DNA of 64,000 nucleotides from Fibrobacterales bacterium (GTDB lineage Bacteria; Fibrobacterota; Fibrobacteria; Fibrobacterales; JAOPTW01): NCBI GenBank assembly GCA_051532035.1, contig JAOPTW010000016.1, positions 64,001 to 128,000 of the forward strand, read 5' to 3'. Shown piece by piece: positions 42,083 to 52,634 of this stretch (position 1 is its first letter; each line of letters starts with the position of its first letter). The notes under the pieces were generated by a model. It saw only the letters and a program-made list of their open reading frames with translations, ran no database searches and was not told where the DNA came from. The position numbers and the translations under genes were made by a program.

Positions 42083-43372
42083 TTATTTAACAGCCAATAC
42101 AAATGCAGGCATTTTAGGTGCTTCTTCAAGATGTATTTTACACCCATCAAGCCCTGAATCTACTTTTTCAACTCGCTTACGTTTATGATTATGCAAGTGT
42201 TTTGCTTCAAAAAAGGTATTTTCACCAGGGATCATAAGCTCAAGCTTTTGCCCTTCTTTAATTTGACCTTTAACCGATATAGTCGCAAGCTTTGTTTCGG
42301 GATCATAGTCACGAACCTGAGCAAGCACCTGTGATGTCGCAGACTTCAATCGTGTGGTATCGTAATTCTGAGGCAGTACTTCACTTTTACCTTCAAAGAA
42401 GCCCGGGAAGAATCCACGACTATCAGTTTTTTCAATCATCTCTTTATGAGCTGGATTAAATGGACGTCCCGCAATCACATCATCTACGGCATTGCGATAC
42501 GCTTTAGAAACCTGACTGAGATAATAGATTGACTTAGTTCTTCCTTCAATTTTAAAAGAACAGATTCCTGCTTCAGCAAGATCTTTAAGATGCTCAATAG
42601 CACACATATCCCGAGAGTTCATCATATAGGTACCGTGTTCATCTTCATCAATAAGCATAAATGCATCATTGGGATCATCAGTCTCTTTAATGTAAAATTC
42701 ACCATCAATGGGAGTATACTCTTCTTCGCCGAGCGCATTCTTCTCATACATTGAGTATTTAAGACGACAAGCATTTGAACACATACCTTGATTACTATCT
42801 CTAAAAGTCATATAGTTCGAAAGCATACAGCGACCCGAGTAGGCCATACACACTGCACCATGCACAAAACTTTCGAGTTCAAGGTCAGGACACGCGTCTT
42901 TAATTTCTTTTATTTCTTTAATGCGAAGTTCACGACTCAAAATAACCCGTGACACTCCGATAGACTGCCAGAATTTCGCTGTTGACCAGTTAGTACAATT
43001 CGCCTGTACCGAAAGATGCACTTCTTGATCAGGGTGCTTCTCTTTTACATACGCAATCATCCCTGGGTCAGTCATTATTATTGCGTCAGGCTTATGCTCG
43101 ACATACCTACTCAAATTCTCTTTAAATGAATTGATCTTAATATTATGAGGAATAATATTTGATGTTAGATAAAATTTCTTACCAAGTCCATGAGCATACT
43201 CAATTCCCTCGGCAATATCATCAATGTTTTTGAATCCATTTTCTCTTGCTCTGAGTGAGTAGCGAGGCTGACCAGCATAGACCGCATCGGCACCAAAGGC
43301 CAATGCATATTTCATTTTTTCTAAATCCCCTGCTGGGGCCAATACTTCTAAATTCGCTTCGAGTTCTGACAT
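42083..43372 (-). CDS. trhP: U32-family tRNA hydroxylase TrhP (YegQ)
   Basis: EVLAPAG, GADAVYAGQPRYSLR, HGAVCMAYSGRC, EDEHGTY.MNS and KIEGRTKS. Confidence 0.85.
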   Translation of the reverse strand: MSELEANLEVLAPAGDLEKMKYALAFGADAVYAGQPRYSLRARENGFKNIDDIAEGIEYAHGLGKKFYLTSNIIPHNIKINSFKENLSRYVEHKPDAIIMTDPGMIAYVKEKHPDQEVHLSVQANCTNWSTAKFWQSIGVSRVILSRELRIKEIKEIKDACPDLELESFVHGAVCMAYSGRCMLSNYMTFRDSNQGMCSNACRLKYSMYEKNALGEEEYTPIDGEFYIKETDDPNDAFMLIDEDEHGTYMMNSRDMCAIEHLKDLAEAGICSFKIEGRTKSIYYLSQVSKAYRNAVDDVIAGRPFNPAHKEMIEKTDSRGFFPGFFEGKSEVLPQNYDTTRLKSATSQVLAQVRDYDPETKLATISVKGQIKEGQKLELMIPGENTFFEAKHLHNHKRKRVEKVDSGLDGCKIHLEEAPKMPAFVLAVK

Positions 43373-43532
43373 ATCTCAATTTCCTGATTTCAAGGCAGGT
43401 GGCTATCAATGGCACGCCATGACAGTAGTTGGGGGCAAATATAGGTTTTTCACCCATCTTCTTCATTGTATCAGATAGAATGTTGTGTTTTTAGAGATCA
43501 ATTTACAGAGATGGTATCGCAGATGTATAGCG

Positions 43533-44585
43533 TTAGATAATCTGATAGGAGCGTAATGTCGCCGTCCAGACACTAAAGACACGCGACACGATCCCAATGA
43601 GGGGAACTGCTATTATCATACCTATCACCCCAAAGAGGGAGCCACCAAAGAGAATACCCAAAATCACAACGAGGGGATGAAGACTTAAACTTTTACCGAT
43701 AGTCATGGGATAAACAAAAAAATTATCGAGGAGGTTTACTATGAGGAATACAATGGGGACCGTCCACCAAGGGGAGGGAGCTGTCGGATCTATCAACAAC
43801 ACACAGATTGCGGGTATAGCCCCTACAACTGGGCCCAAATAAGGGATCGCGTTAGCTGCACCAGCAAACACCCCAATAACAATTGCTCCTTTTACACCTA
43901 GTATTGAAAGACCGACACTGGCAAGTACTCCGATAATAATACAATCATAAATTTGCCCCCTAATATAGCCACCTATTTGGTTATTAATTTGATGAATTAT
44001 CATTAAAACCATTTCAAAATAACGGTTCGGGACAAATGACACCAGGCGCTTCTTAATGCTCCGGCCTTCGATTGAAAGCAACAATGCTATTACTGGAATA
44101 AAGATTAACGTGCCAAGGGTACTGAATACCACCGTTACATAGTGCGGAATCCCTACCTTAACAACGTCTATTTTATTCGAGAAAAATTTTTCAGCATGCT
44201 CCTCAAGGAGGGCCACCTGATTCGGTGTGCAAAAATGCAAAAGGTAAAGACGCAGTGAGTCTAATCGCATAACAAGTGTCTGTTCATAGAGGGTGTATTC
44301 CTGGCTCATCACCTCAATTTGAGTCTGTATTATAGGGGCAGCAATTGCAATACCACTATATACTAACACACCAAGAATAGTAAAAATCGAAAGAGTACCG
44401 AGAGCCCGATGTACCCCTCTTCTTTCGAGTGAAGTAACAAAGGGAGTTATCATAAAGGCCAACAAAAAGCCAAGAACAAGAGGTAAGATTAAAGTATATA
44501 CTGCCATAAGTATGATAAGGACTAATACAATGGCCGATCCATAATACCCCACTCTTATAGTGGTATGCTCTGTACCCTTAACCAT
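43533..44585 (-). CDS. AI-2E family transporter
   Basis: IPYLGP and LSLHPLVVILGILFGGSLFGVIGMIIAVP. Confidence 0.88.
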   Translation of the reverse strand: MVKGTEHTTIRVGYYGSAIVLVLIILMAVYTLILPLVLGFLLAFMITPFVTSLERRGVHRALGTLSIFTILGVLVYSGIAIAAPIIQTQIEVMSQEYTLYEQTLVMRLDSLRLYLLHFCTPNQVALLEEHAEKFFSNKIDVVKVGIPHYVTVVFSTLGTLIFIPVIALLLSIEGRSIKKRLVSFVPNRYFEMVLMIIHQINNQIGGYIRGQIYDCIIIGVLASVGLSILGVKGAIVIGVFAGAANAIPYLGPVVGAIPAICVLLIDPTAPSPWWTVPIVFLIVNLLDNFFVYPMTIGKSLSLHPLVVILGILFGGSLFGVIGMIIAVPLIGIVSRVFSVWTATLRSYQII

Positions 44586-45108
44586 TACTATACGCTTCAG
44601 GTGTAGTGAGATCTAAGTTTAATTGATTCATTTTTCTTAGTCGTTCACCTAAGACTGATGCAAGATTAAGCAATACTTTTGAGCCAATGCGTGGGCTCTT
44701 TTCAATGATGTCAATAAGGTCTGGTTTAAAAAAACCCAAGAGTACAGTAGGCCCCGAACCTTTAGCTGTTGCAGAGCGAGGCGAGCCATCCACCAGTGAT
44801 AACTCACCAAAGAAATCACATTTATGGAGTGAGGTATACAGCACTTCATTTTTTTTTGAATCAGTTCCTGAGATTGTTATGGCGCCGGATTGTATAATGT
44901 ACATTCCATTCCCGGCCTCCCCCTCCTTAAAAACTATTTCATCAGCACGATAGGTGCGAGTATGAAGAATTTTTGCAACATAGAGTAGCTCAATCCGGTC
45001 GAGCGAACTGAAAATGGGGATGGTCTCTATTATATTAAAAACGTCTTTATTAATATTCGACGTTAACGTAATAGGTGCCCATAAATAGTTTATAAATGAC
45101 ATAGACAT
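44578..45108 (-). CDS. Stand-alone cyclic-nucleotide-binding domain protein
   Basis: IVFKEGEAG..MYII.SG and FFGELSL...PRSAT. Confidence 0.88.
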   Translation of the reverse strand: MSMSFINYLWAPITLTSNINKDVFNIIETIPIFSSLDRIELLYVAKILHTRTYRADEIVFKEGEAGNGMYIIQSGAITISGTDSKKNEVLYTSLHKCDFFGELSLVDGSPRSATAKGSGPTVLLGFFKPDLIDIIEKSPRIGSKVLLNLASVLGERLRKMNQLNLDLTTPEAYSNG

Positions 45109-45185
45109 CAAAACTGTATTAAGATTTGAATGATTATATCACTTATTATTATAGAAAGCAAAAAGCCAATGTATGTGATAAAACA

Positions 45186-45241
45186 ATGTTGCGAAGCAAC
45201 GAGAAAAAGTAAGGCTCAAAAATGATGTTGCAAAGCAACGA
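45186..45241. repeat. Two direct-repeated mini-hairpins
   Basis: ATGTTGC-GAA-GCAACGA (45186-45202) and ATGTTGC-AAA-GCAACGA (45225-45241). Confidence 0.6.
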
Positions 45242-45250
45242 ATGAAATGC

Positions 45251-45357
45251 AAATTTCGCAGGAAAGTATGCAGATATGAGGCATTTATGCCGCAGGCGTA
45301 GTAACGCTACGTCAAGGCATCAATAACGAAGTAGATGCGTGCTTTCCTGCGAAATTT
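45251..45357. repeat. 107-bp palindromic element (REP/MITE-like or structured RNA)
   Basis: 16-bp perfect terminal IR AAATTTCGCAGGAAAG...CTTTCCTGCGAAATTT with internal hairpin CGTAG-taacg-CTACG. Confidence 0.6.
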
Positions 45358-45837
45358 TTACCAGGAACGGGGACGGTATGATGTATCCCCCGTCCAAGAG
45401 ATAATTTTATCCTTAAGCACAACTCTATTTTTTGGTTCCATTTTTGTATCGAGCATTTCAAAGAGTGCTTCTATTTCTGCCTTGCGAAGCAAATCAAGAA
45501 CATCGCGCTCTAATACAGAGAGTTCGAGAACTTCAAGGTCACGATGTACCTTAGTCTTACGCTTATCATTCAGATAAATATGGTAACTGGTAAAGATCAC
45601 CTCTTCGCCAAACCAGCACTTAACTAGTTCAGCCGCCTGATACATATCTATCAGCTCGGTATCTTCGAGAATATCGAGGATATCAATGGTGTCTCCGGCT
45701 AGTGCCTTAACACACACCTCTTCAACAACAGAGCTATCACAACCATACGAAAGTATATCTGCCTCTATCTGGGCGCGTATGGGTTCAGCAAATGTGGCCT
45801 TACTAAGTTCATGGCCTAAAGTATCTGTAAAAATCAT
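45358..45837 (-). CDS. Hypothetical protein
   Basis: 159-aa ORF with AGGA RBS-like sequence; no family recognised. Confidence 0.55.
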   Translation of the reverse strand: MIFTDTLGHELSKATFAEPIRAQIEADILSYGCDSSVVEEVCVKALAGDTIDILDILEDTELIDMYQAAELVKCWFGEEVIFTSYHIYLNDKRKTKVHRDLEVLELSVLERDVLDLLRKAEIEALFEMLDTKMEPKNRVVLKDKIISWTGDTSYRPRSW

Positions 45838-46264
45838 AGTTTTCCTGGCTTTCAGAAACGTATTGCACTTTCAAGAAGTCCGACCAATTTAAAAGTGCTT
45901 ACGTTTCCCGGTCTTACTTATCTCTCACAAATACAAATGTAACCTTATGTAAAGTTTTGTAAAGTGGAAGTTTACACTTTTTAAAAATTCTTTAGTCCTC
46001 AGTCTTAAGCGCTCTTTCTTGAGTAGTAAGTACCCTAATATTGGACAATATTGCAACCCCCATACAACTTGGACAAGCTACCTTACGCCACCTACCCCTT
46101 CAACGTTATTTCCCTAAAACCACATTACTTTAACATTGTTAATGATTGAAATAGTCTACTTTATGTCTAAATTAAGTCATAAACGTCGTAAATGAGTAAT
46201 TCCCCAACCCAATCATGCTCCCCCTATTGTATATACTTATCACATTTTAGAACAAGGATCACCA

Positions 46265-46651
46265 ATGCGAAAACCTATCCTCATCACCCTCGCCATTATT
46301 AACCTTCTCATGGCTATACTTCATGGAATGTTTAGTACAATGTTTAACTGGAGCGAAGAACTCACCAAAGTATCAATGGAAACTAAAGCAATTCTCGAGA
46401 TTTTCAACATCATCTCCATCTGGTTATTGCTCTATTTCGCCATCATGACCTTACTCCTTATTAAGCAAAAAATCAATACACTCTTTTCTAATGCCTTTAT
46501 TGTTCTGGTCTCTGGATTTTACGGCATCCGTCTCGTACTCGGGTACCCCTATTTTGGCTTTTCTATCCAAGAAATGACTGTCTGGGGGATATGTGCCTTT
46601 ATTATTGGGGGATATATTATGGTTTGGCGCGGGATGGAGCGAAACCAATAG
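46265..46651 (+). CDS. Hypothetical four-TM membrane protein
   Basis: Four hydrophobic segments; AAGGA RBS. Confidence 0.65.
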   Translation: MRKPILITLAIINLLMAILHGMFSTMFNWSEELTKVSMETKAILEIFNIISIWLLLYFAIMTLLLIKQKINTLFSNAFIVLVSGFYGIRLVLGYPYFGFSIQEMTVWGICAFIIGGYIMVWRGMERNQ

Positions 46652-46711
46652 GAAGATCCGGTTTCATATTGATACTTACTACCCAAAATAATAAACTTTC
46701 TAATAAAATGA

Positions 46712-46767
46712 TTATTCATATGCATAGATAATATACTTTTATGTATATTATCTATGCATATGAATAA
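46712..46767. promoter_or_regulatory. 25-bp perfect inverted repeat, probable AbiEi operator
   Basis: TTATTCATATGCATAGATAATATAC-ttttat-GTATATTATCTATGCATATGAATAA overlapping the antitoxin start. Confidence 0.75.
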
Positions 46768-47359
46768 CCTAATAAGAGATATACAACTCATTCAACAATT
46801 CGACTCCCCTATGAACGGAGTTTTTTCGACCTATGATCTCCAACAGCTCTTCGGCATGGACAATAAGGTTCTGCTTTATAGACGCCTTAAAACTCTGTGT
46901 GAGTCTGAGGTTATTCAATCATTTTGTAGGGGTATTTTTGTAACTCCACAAGTAAACCTTCAAAAACTCACCACGAAGCTCATCCCTGAGTCATACATAT
47001 CGTTAGGTTCCATTCTATCTGACAAACTAATCATTGGAACTACCCCAGGCAACAGGGTCTATTGCATCAAGCCCGGCAGGTCAAAAATCTACTCAAACGA
47101 TTCATATGAAATAATTTTCTATGGTATCAACTCAGACTATTTCAACGGCTATACAAATCTTAATGGAGTTAACTATGCTTCAGCCGAAAAAGCATTTATA
47201 GATACCGCCTACCTCTATCTAAAAGGAGTTCCTTTTTATTTTGACATCTATTCAGACGTTGAGTACGACCAACTCGACCTCAGCCTCATCTCGAAAATAT
47301 TGACACGTTACAGAAACCCTAAACTTATTCGCTTTGTCGAAGGCCTCCTCAATGATTAG
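46754..47359 (+). CDS. abiEi: Type IV TA antitoxin, AbiEi-like
   Basis: N-terminal wHTH (VFSTYDL...RGIF), PESYISLGSIL and ASAEKAFID. Confidence 0.75.
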   Translation: MHMNNLIRDIQLIQQFDSPMNGVFSTYDLQQLFGMDNKVLLYRRLKTLCESEVIQSFCRGIFVTPQVNLQKLTTKLIPESYISLGSILSDKLIIGTTPGNRVYCIKPGRSKIYSNDSYEIIFYGINSDYFNGYTNLNGVNYASAEKAFIDTAYLYLKGVPFYFDIYSDVEYDQLDLSLISKILTRYRNPKLIRFVEGLLND

Positions 47360-48086
47360 CATCACTAATACCGACACCTTTTTCCTTTGGGTATTCGAAC
47401 TCTTCTCCAAAGAATTCCCCAGTCACGCCATTCTAAAAGGGGGTATGTCTTTGCGATTATTAGGTTGCCCACGAAACACAAAGGATCTAGACTTCCTCTT
47501 TATACCATATTCCTCAAAAAAAGAAGTCGCCCCACTTATTGATAGCGTTTTAAAAAAATACCCAGAAATAGAATATGACCTCAAAGTGCACTCTACTTGC
47601 ATAGTTTGCAAATTGAACTACAACAACATTCAGATTGCAGTTGATGTGACTGTTACAGAATCAATTGATACAATCCCAGTTACCACAGAAGTACTATCCT
47701 CACAATATAACCATCCAAATTTTATTATTCGAACCGTCTCCTACGAAAATGCCTTAGCAAATAAAATTGGGGCCTGGATTGAACGGCGACTCATGCGGGA
47801 CATATACGACATTCATTTTTACATAAGTACTCTCAGAGTAAATCCCGATATGTTAATTCTCAACAATCGTATCTCCAACATCACATCAAGAAGAGAGAAG
47901 TCTCTTAAGTTACTCACTCTACCTGAACTCACTTCACTATTGGACAGCTTCTGCCAAGAGCTGACTCTTACCTCATTACAAATTGAGCTCAATGAATACT
48001 TCTCTGAAATGGACCTTATTGGCCTCGATATGAAGATTAAGGTTTCACTTCAGAAGTTGATTGATTATCTGGAGAGACAAATCTAA
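47352..48086 (+). CDS. abiEii: Type IV TA toxin, AbiEii/AbiGii nucleotidyltransferase
   Basis: ILKGGMSL...RNTKDLDF and ANKIGAWIERRLMRDIYDI. Confidence 0.85.
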   Translation: MISITNTDTFFLWVFELFSKEFPSHAILKGGMSLRLLGCPRNTKDLDFLFIPYSSKKEVAPLIDSVLKKYPEIEYDLKVHSTCIVCKLNYNNIQIAVDVTVTESIDTIPVTTEVLSSQYNHPNFIIRTVSYENALANKIGAWIERRLMRDIYDIHFYISTLRVNPDMLILNNRISNITSRREKSLKLLTLPELTSLLDSFCQELTLTSLQIELNEYFSEMDLIGLDMKIKVSLQKLIDYLERQI

Positions 48087-48109
48087 AGTCACAGTTTAGA
48101 TTTGTCTCT
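48073..48109 (+). terminator. Hairpin at the end of abiEii
   Basis: AGAGACAAATCTAAA-gtcacag-TTTAGATTTGTCTCT, 15-bp stem. Confidence 0.5.
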
Positions 48110-48523
48110 AATATACTGCATCTCACTTCACCAAAACTCTTTGTATTACTGTAGTTTATGACCAGAATATGAGGTTTATTTCAAAATAAGGAGATTATCT
48201 TATTATTCGACGCATAATGTGCATTGAATAGCCACCAAGATACAACTTGAGAAACTTCAGCAAGCACAGGTTAAAATTGACTGTTTGGGCTTATTTATAC
48301 GCATAGCTGAGAACACATGAGTTCTACAAAACCAACAACCTATTATTATATGAAGATTCTTGAGAAACCTTTGATTAAAGCACTCGAAACTTAAATATGT
48401 CTGGAGCATCCTTAGCGAAGATACAAACGACCAATAGCGCAATATCTATTTCAAATAAGTTATAGCTTATCTATGTGATAACTTTTATTATATTATAAAC
48501 TATAACTTAAATATTTGTGCCCT

Positions 48524-49729
48524 ATGCTACAAAGAAATAAATACCTCCAGTGGATTCACCAGTACAGAAATACACCATTAATAAAAGTATTAGTCGGCAT
48601 GAGGCGTGTGGGCAAGAGCACCCTTATAGAACAATTTAAAGACAATCTATACGCACAAGAGCAGCTTCCAGAGGGATCAATTCTCCATATCGATATGGAA
48701 CTGTTGAAAAATCGAGATATAACTAATGCCGAGGCACTCCATGACAAAGTAACTTCATATTTTACCGAACATAAAGAGAACAAAGTACTGCTTATTGATG
48801 AAGTTCAAGAAATTGCTGAGTGGGAGAAGGCAATAAATAGTTTTTTAAAAGAGGGTGAAATTGATATTTACATTACAGGCTCTAACTCTCACATGCTCTC
48901 CTCTGATCTCGCCACTTTTCTCGCAGGGCGCTATGTGTCACTAGAGGTCCTCCCACTGAGTTATCGAGAAACACTTCAACTCTACGGAAACAATCAACAC
49001 ACCGATACACTCTTTCAAAAATATCTGAAATTTGGCGGGCTCCCGGGCCTCTCTCATTTACCTGAAAATGAGGCAGTTCTTTTTCAGACCCTCGACGCCT
49101 ATTACAGTACCATCATATTAAGAGATATCATTGAGCGTTACACCATTCGTAGCAGCGCTCTTTTAGAGAACCTCGTCTCATTCTTTTTTGATAACATTGG
49201 CAACCTTGTCACCGCCAAAAGTATTAGCAACTACCTAAAATCTCAACACATCAAATCATCTATAGAGTCAGTCCAAACATACGTCGGGTACCTTGAATCC
49301 TGTTTTGCACTTCATAAAGTCAAACGCTATGACATCAAAGGAAAACGCCACCTAGAAATAGCCGAGAAACACTATCTGAACGACCTCGGCCTGAGACATG
49401 CAACACTAGGCTATAGACCAGGTGATATCGGGCAACTGCTCGAAAATGCTATCTACCTAGAACTTCGTAGACGTGGCTATACTATTTCAATTGGCAAAAT
49501 TGGAGACCTTGAGATAGATTTCATAGCAGAAAAACATAATGCAAAGATCTACATCCAAGTCAGCTACCTTCTCGCCTCTGAGGAGACACGAAAGCGAGAA
49601 TTCACCCCCTTAAAAAAGACCGGTGATTCATACCCCAAATATGTAGTAACAATGGATTCTCTGACTCAAGATGAGGAGGGCATTATGCATAGGTATATTC
49701 CTGAATTTTTATTGGATGAGGGGTGGTGA
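48524..49729 (+). CDS. AAA_14/DUF4143 ATP-binding protein
   Basis: GMRRVGKS, IDEVQ, TGSNS.MLS...LAGR, LENAIYLEL and EIDFIA. Confidence 0.88.
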   Translation: MLQRNKYLQWIHQYRNTPLIKVLVGMRRVGKSTLIEQFKDNLYAQEQLPEGSILHIDMELLKNRDITNAEALHDKVTSYFTEHKENKVLLIDEVQEIAEWEKAINSFLKEGEIDIYITGSNSHMLSSDLATFLAGRYVSLEVLPLSYRETLQLYGNNQHTDTLFQKYLKFGGLPGLSHLPENEAVLFQTLDAYYSTIILRDIIERYTIRSSALLENLVSFFFDNIGNLVTAKSISNYLKSQHIKSSIESVQTYVGYLESCFALHKVKRYDIKGKRHLEIAEKHYLNDLGLRHATLGYRPGDIGQLLENAIYLELRRRGYTISIGKIGDLEIDFIAEKHNAKIYIQVSYLLASEETRKREFTPLKKTGDSYPKYVVTMDSLTQDEEGIMHRYIPEFLLDEGW

Positions 49730-50103
49730 AAATCATCAGCGGGATAAGTGCAGATGAAACATTTTTTACAACAGACTTAATGGCTACCTACAAAGGGGCA
49801 CTTGCTGAACAATTTATTGGACAAGAAGCAATTGCTCTCAACACTCAAACTTCACCAGAGCTCTATTATTGGACCCGTCAAAAGCAGAAGAGCTCTGCTG
49901 AAATCGATTATTTATTTGAAGGCTCTCCCTTAACCCCAATTGAAGTTAAAAGCGCTAAAGCGGGAACACTTAAAAGCATGCATCAAGCTCTCATTCAGTT
50001 TGATACTATTCCCTATGGGGGCGTACTCTCGACCCGAAATATTGGGACTCTTGATGAACAAAAACTCAGGTTTTTACCGCAGTATGCTCAGCTTTCTCGA
50101 TAA
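49723..50103 (+). pseudogene. C-terminal fragment of a second DUF4143 ATPase
   Basis: Only GALAEQF...YYW...AEIDY...PIEVKS is present; the ATPase domain is missing. Confidence 0.65.
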
Positions 50104-50639
50104 GATTTTATAAAATCTGTTGCTCGAATATGCCGATGATATTCCTCAATGATTTTATGGCATATGTTCTCAAATACAGAATAACCTTAAAGAATAGCAC
50201 CCGCAAATCCCTGACTATTGAGTATCCCTTTTAGGCCATTGAGTATTGCTCCGGGGCATTTGGAGATTGGGTTGTGAGGTGTGGCAACCAAAAAGCCTGT
50301 ATTAAACTTATGTAAAAGTCGAAATCTAGCGTATCACCCAATTGATTCATTGGGGCATTCACTGCAATAAAATGAGGGTAAATATTCACTTGTTCCCATG
50401 GTACCGTATTAAGGGATATTAATGATTTTATTGCCAAGAGTTGTTTGATGAAAGATGATGCTAAAGAGAGAAGTAGTGGGTATTATTTGAGAAGGTAAAA
50501 GAGATATTCGGTTTCTTTTTTAGTAAAATGGCTACTTTTAATTCCGATTATCCCGCAAGTAAATATCCTGTATACTCATATAGCATCGGGCTGTATAGCC
50601 TCGTAACTACAAAACTAACCATCATGAGCATATTTTAAA

Positions 50640-50677
50640 TATGGCGATTAATAGAGTTCACCCTATTAATCGCCATA
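50640..50677. terminator. 15-bp perfect hairpin between convergent units
   Basis: TATGGCGATTAATAG-N8-CTATTAATCGCCATA. Confidence 0.55.
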
Positions 50678-50843
50678 CGAGCTATTCTACGATATAGAGG
50701 TTGTGCTAATCCTAATTTTAATTCGCCTAATTTATAAAAGAAGACATTCTCATATAAGCAACATAAACCCAGTTATATATGAGAATGCCACAATAATACC
50801 TGTCCCTTAAATCAAGATGGTCATTCATTAATAAAGAGACCAA

Positions 50844-51209
50844 TTAATTACTTGGCCTCATTTTTATATAACTTGCCTGACAAAGGCCCTTGACAGCTCC
50901 AACACTAGGGTCAACCGCAATAATTAATTCCGTCCCCATAGTCATAGATGTTAATATCATAGATTTCATAAATGAATTATTTTCTGTTGGCAAAAGAACA
51001 TATCCAGATACACATCCATTAATAGAAAAAGGGTCCATCTCCAATACTACTCTGCCTTTAAAGTAGGATTCATTTGCATTTTCATATGAAAAATGATTTA
51101 CCAAGTTAATTTTGTGTATTGGAATTACTATATCACCAGCCATAGCATTCCCAGTAAAAACAGATCCAACCAACACAACCGCAACAATCATTTTCTTTAA
51201 CATTTTCAT
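50844..51209 (-). CDS. Small secreted two-Cys protein (AB5 B-subunit/OB-fold-like)
   Basis: Signal MKMLKKMIVAVVLVGSVFTGNAMA; AAGGAG RBS; C...MKSMILTSMTMGTELII...C pattern. Confidence 0.6.
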   Translation of the reverse strand: MKMLKKMIVAVVLVGSVFTGNAMAGDIVIPIHKINLVNHFSYENANESYFKGRVVLEMDPFSINGCVSGYVLLPTENNSFMKSMILTSMTMGTELIIAVDPSVGAVKGLCQASYIKMRPSN

Positions 51210-51274
51210 CTTTTTCTCCTTGTTATAATTTTCTTTGAGAACCTTATTCCTAGTTCCCAATCATTTGAATACTT

Positions 51275-51304
51275 ATTAGACGCCCCATAAAATCAATTGG
51301 GGAA
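51275..51304 (-). promoter_or_regulatory. ECF-type promoter copy 1
   Basis: TTCCC-N17-CGTCTAAT. Confidence 0.75.
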
Positions 51305-51328
51305 CTTTATTTAATAATTTTTCTTTTT

Positions 51329-51733
51329 TTAATTCAATAGTAGCGGCGTAATGATTGTAGGAATAATATTATGCACTTCAGGCATACCCGGCATCATCTC
51401 AATCGCCTTAATAAACACACTCCCATAACTCTCCGGTCCCTTTAACCCAAATCGATCACCGTGTGGCACCGAGTGAATCGCCTGACCAAGCACCGATGCA
51501 TCACGCATCGTAACTCTTCCACTTGCATCAGTAACCGGATAGAGAGCCTCTCCATTAATATAAATGGTTTTAAAAGGATCTCGCGCCGGGTCAAAAACAC
51601 CTTCACCCTTTTGACTAAAGAGGTCTACCATACCATCACTATTTGGGAACCAATCCTCATCAAGCGCGTCGATTACATGTATTTCAGCTTGATCCAAAGC
51701 GCCACTACTAATCGTACTATTACATTTTTCAAA
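51329..51733 (-). pseudogene. C-terminal remnant of an alpha/beta hydrolase paralog with the IIPTIITPLLLN tail
   Basis: DEDWFPNSDGMVDLFSQKGEGVF closely matches DEDWMANSDGVVDVFSQKLEGLF of 58175..59920. No signal peptide or nucleophile; in-frame stop at 51736. Confidence 0.7.
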
Positions 51734-52537
51734 TTAAAGTCACTCCTTATCTCTCCCGAGCATACTATTACGCGCCATACAGCACCAGAAACCGCTACAA
51801 AATTGAATTCACAATTAAATAAAATTTTAAAAGAATCTCTCAACTAAGCCATGAATGATAGAAATGCACGCACTACTCGTCTGTGCTGGTTTTAATAGGC
51901 ATCTTTCGATTGTAGTGATTTTACGTTGAGTCTTGAAAACTAAACCTTACTACTACAACGCTTCAAAATCATTTTAACTGTGGTTATTTTAACATGTACA
52001 TAGTTAACGATTATGAGTATTTACTATGGACAACATATTTTTACTATGCCTAGAAACGAAAATACTTCCAAATGTGGGCGACCCATCGGAACAGACTCCA
52101 CTACCTTTACACGGTATATAAGCCTCCTTAAACAATTGAACTATACAAATTCAGACAGTAATTGTTTTTGCCAAACAACCCAAAAGCAAGGGATCGAATA
52201 CATCGAAGATAATTCCTGCGACATCTCCGCATTCAAACTAAAATGAAATAGCAAACGCTCACCAAGGTTTTCTCAAATATTCACGGGCGCCCTCTAAAAA
52301 GAGCGTCATATTGTTACCCCAGATAATTATTTTGAGCTTCTTCTTTAGAAGATATTTATTCTTAGACTTGAAAACTAAATTGGGGTAACCTTGTTCAGAA
52401 GCCTACCTGATTTTGCTCAACTTACTCTCAAGGGCGTACTTGCATTTTAACCACCTAACATATATAAATGCTCTTTCATGGAAATATTTTTCATTAATTA
52501 TTTTACCATGAAACAGACAAACATACAGATTCATGGT

Positions 52538-52574
52538 AAAAAAGAGTGCCGACAAACAAAGTCTCGGCACTCTC
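52538..52574 (-). terminator. Terminator after the 52635 gene
   Basis: AGAGTGCCGA...TCGGCACTCT with a T run on the minus strand. Confidence 0.7.
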
Positions 52575-52634
52575 TATTAGCATTGTCTGCTGATATATAT
52601 TTTGCGGTACATTGATGGGTACCTCGGTCTAGTT

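Noticed and set aside
51461..52246. Plus-strand ORFs 51461..51847 and 52013..52246
   Set aside because: The first is antisense to the hydrolase remnant; neither has recognisable motifs or a clear RBS.
52361..52390. Sixth ECF promoter copy (TTACCCC...AGTCTAAG on the minus strand)
   Set aside because: The -10 is mismatched, the spacer is shorter than 17 bp, and no gene follows.
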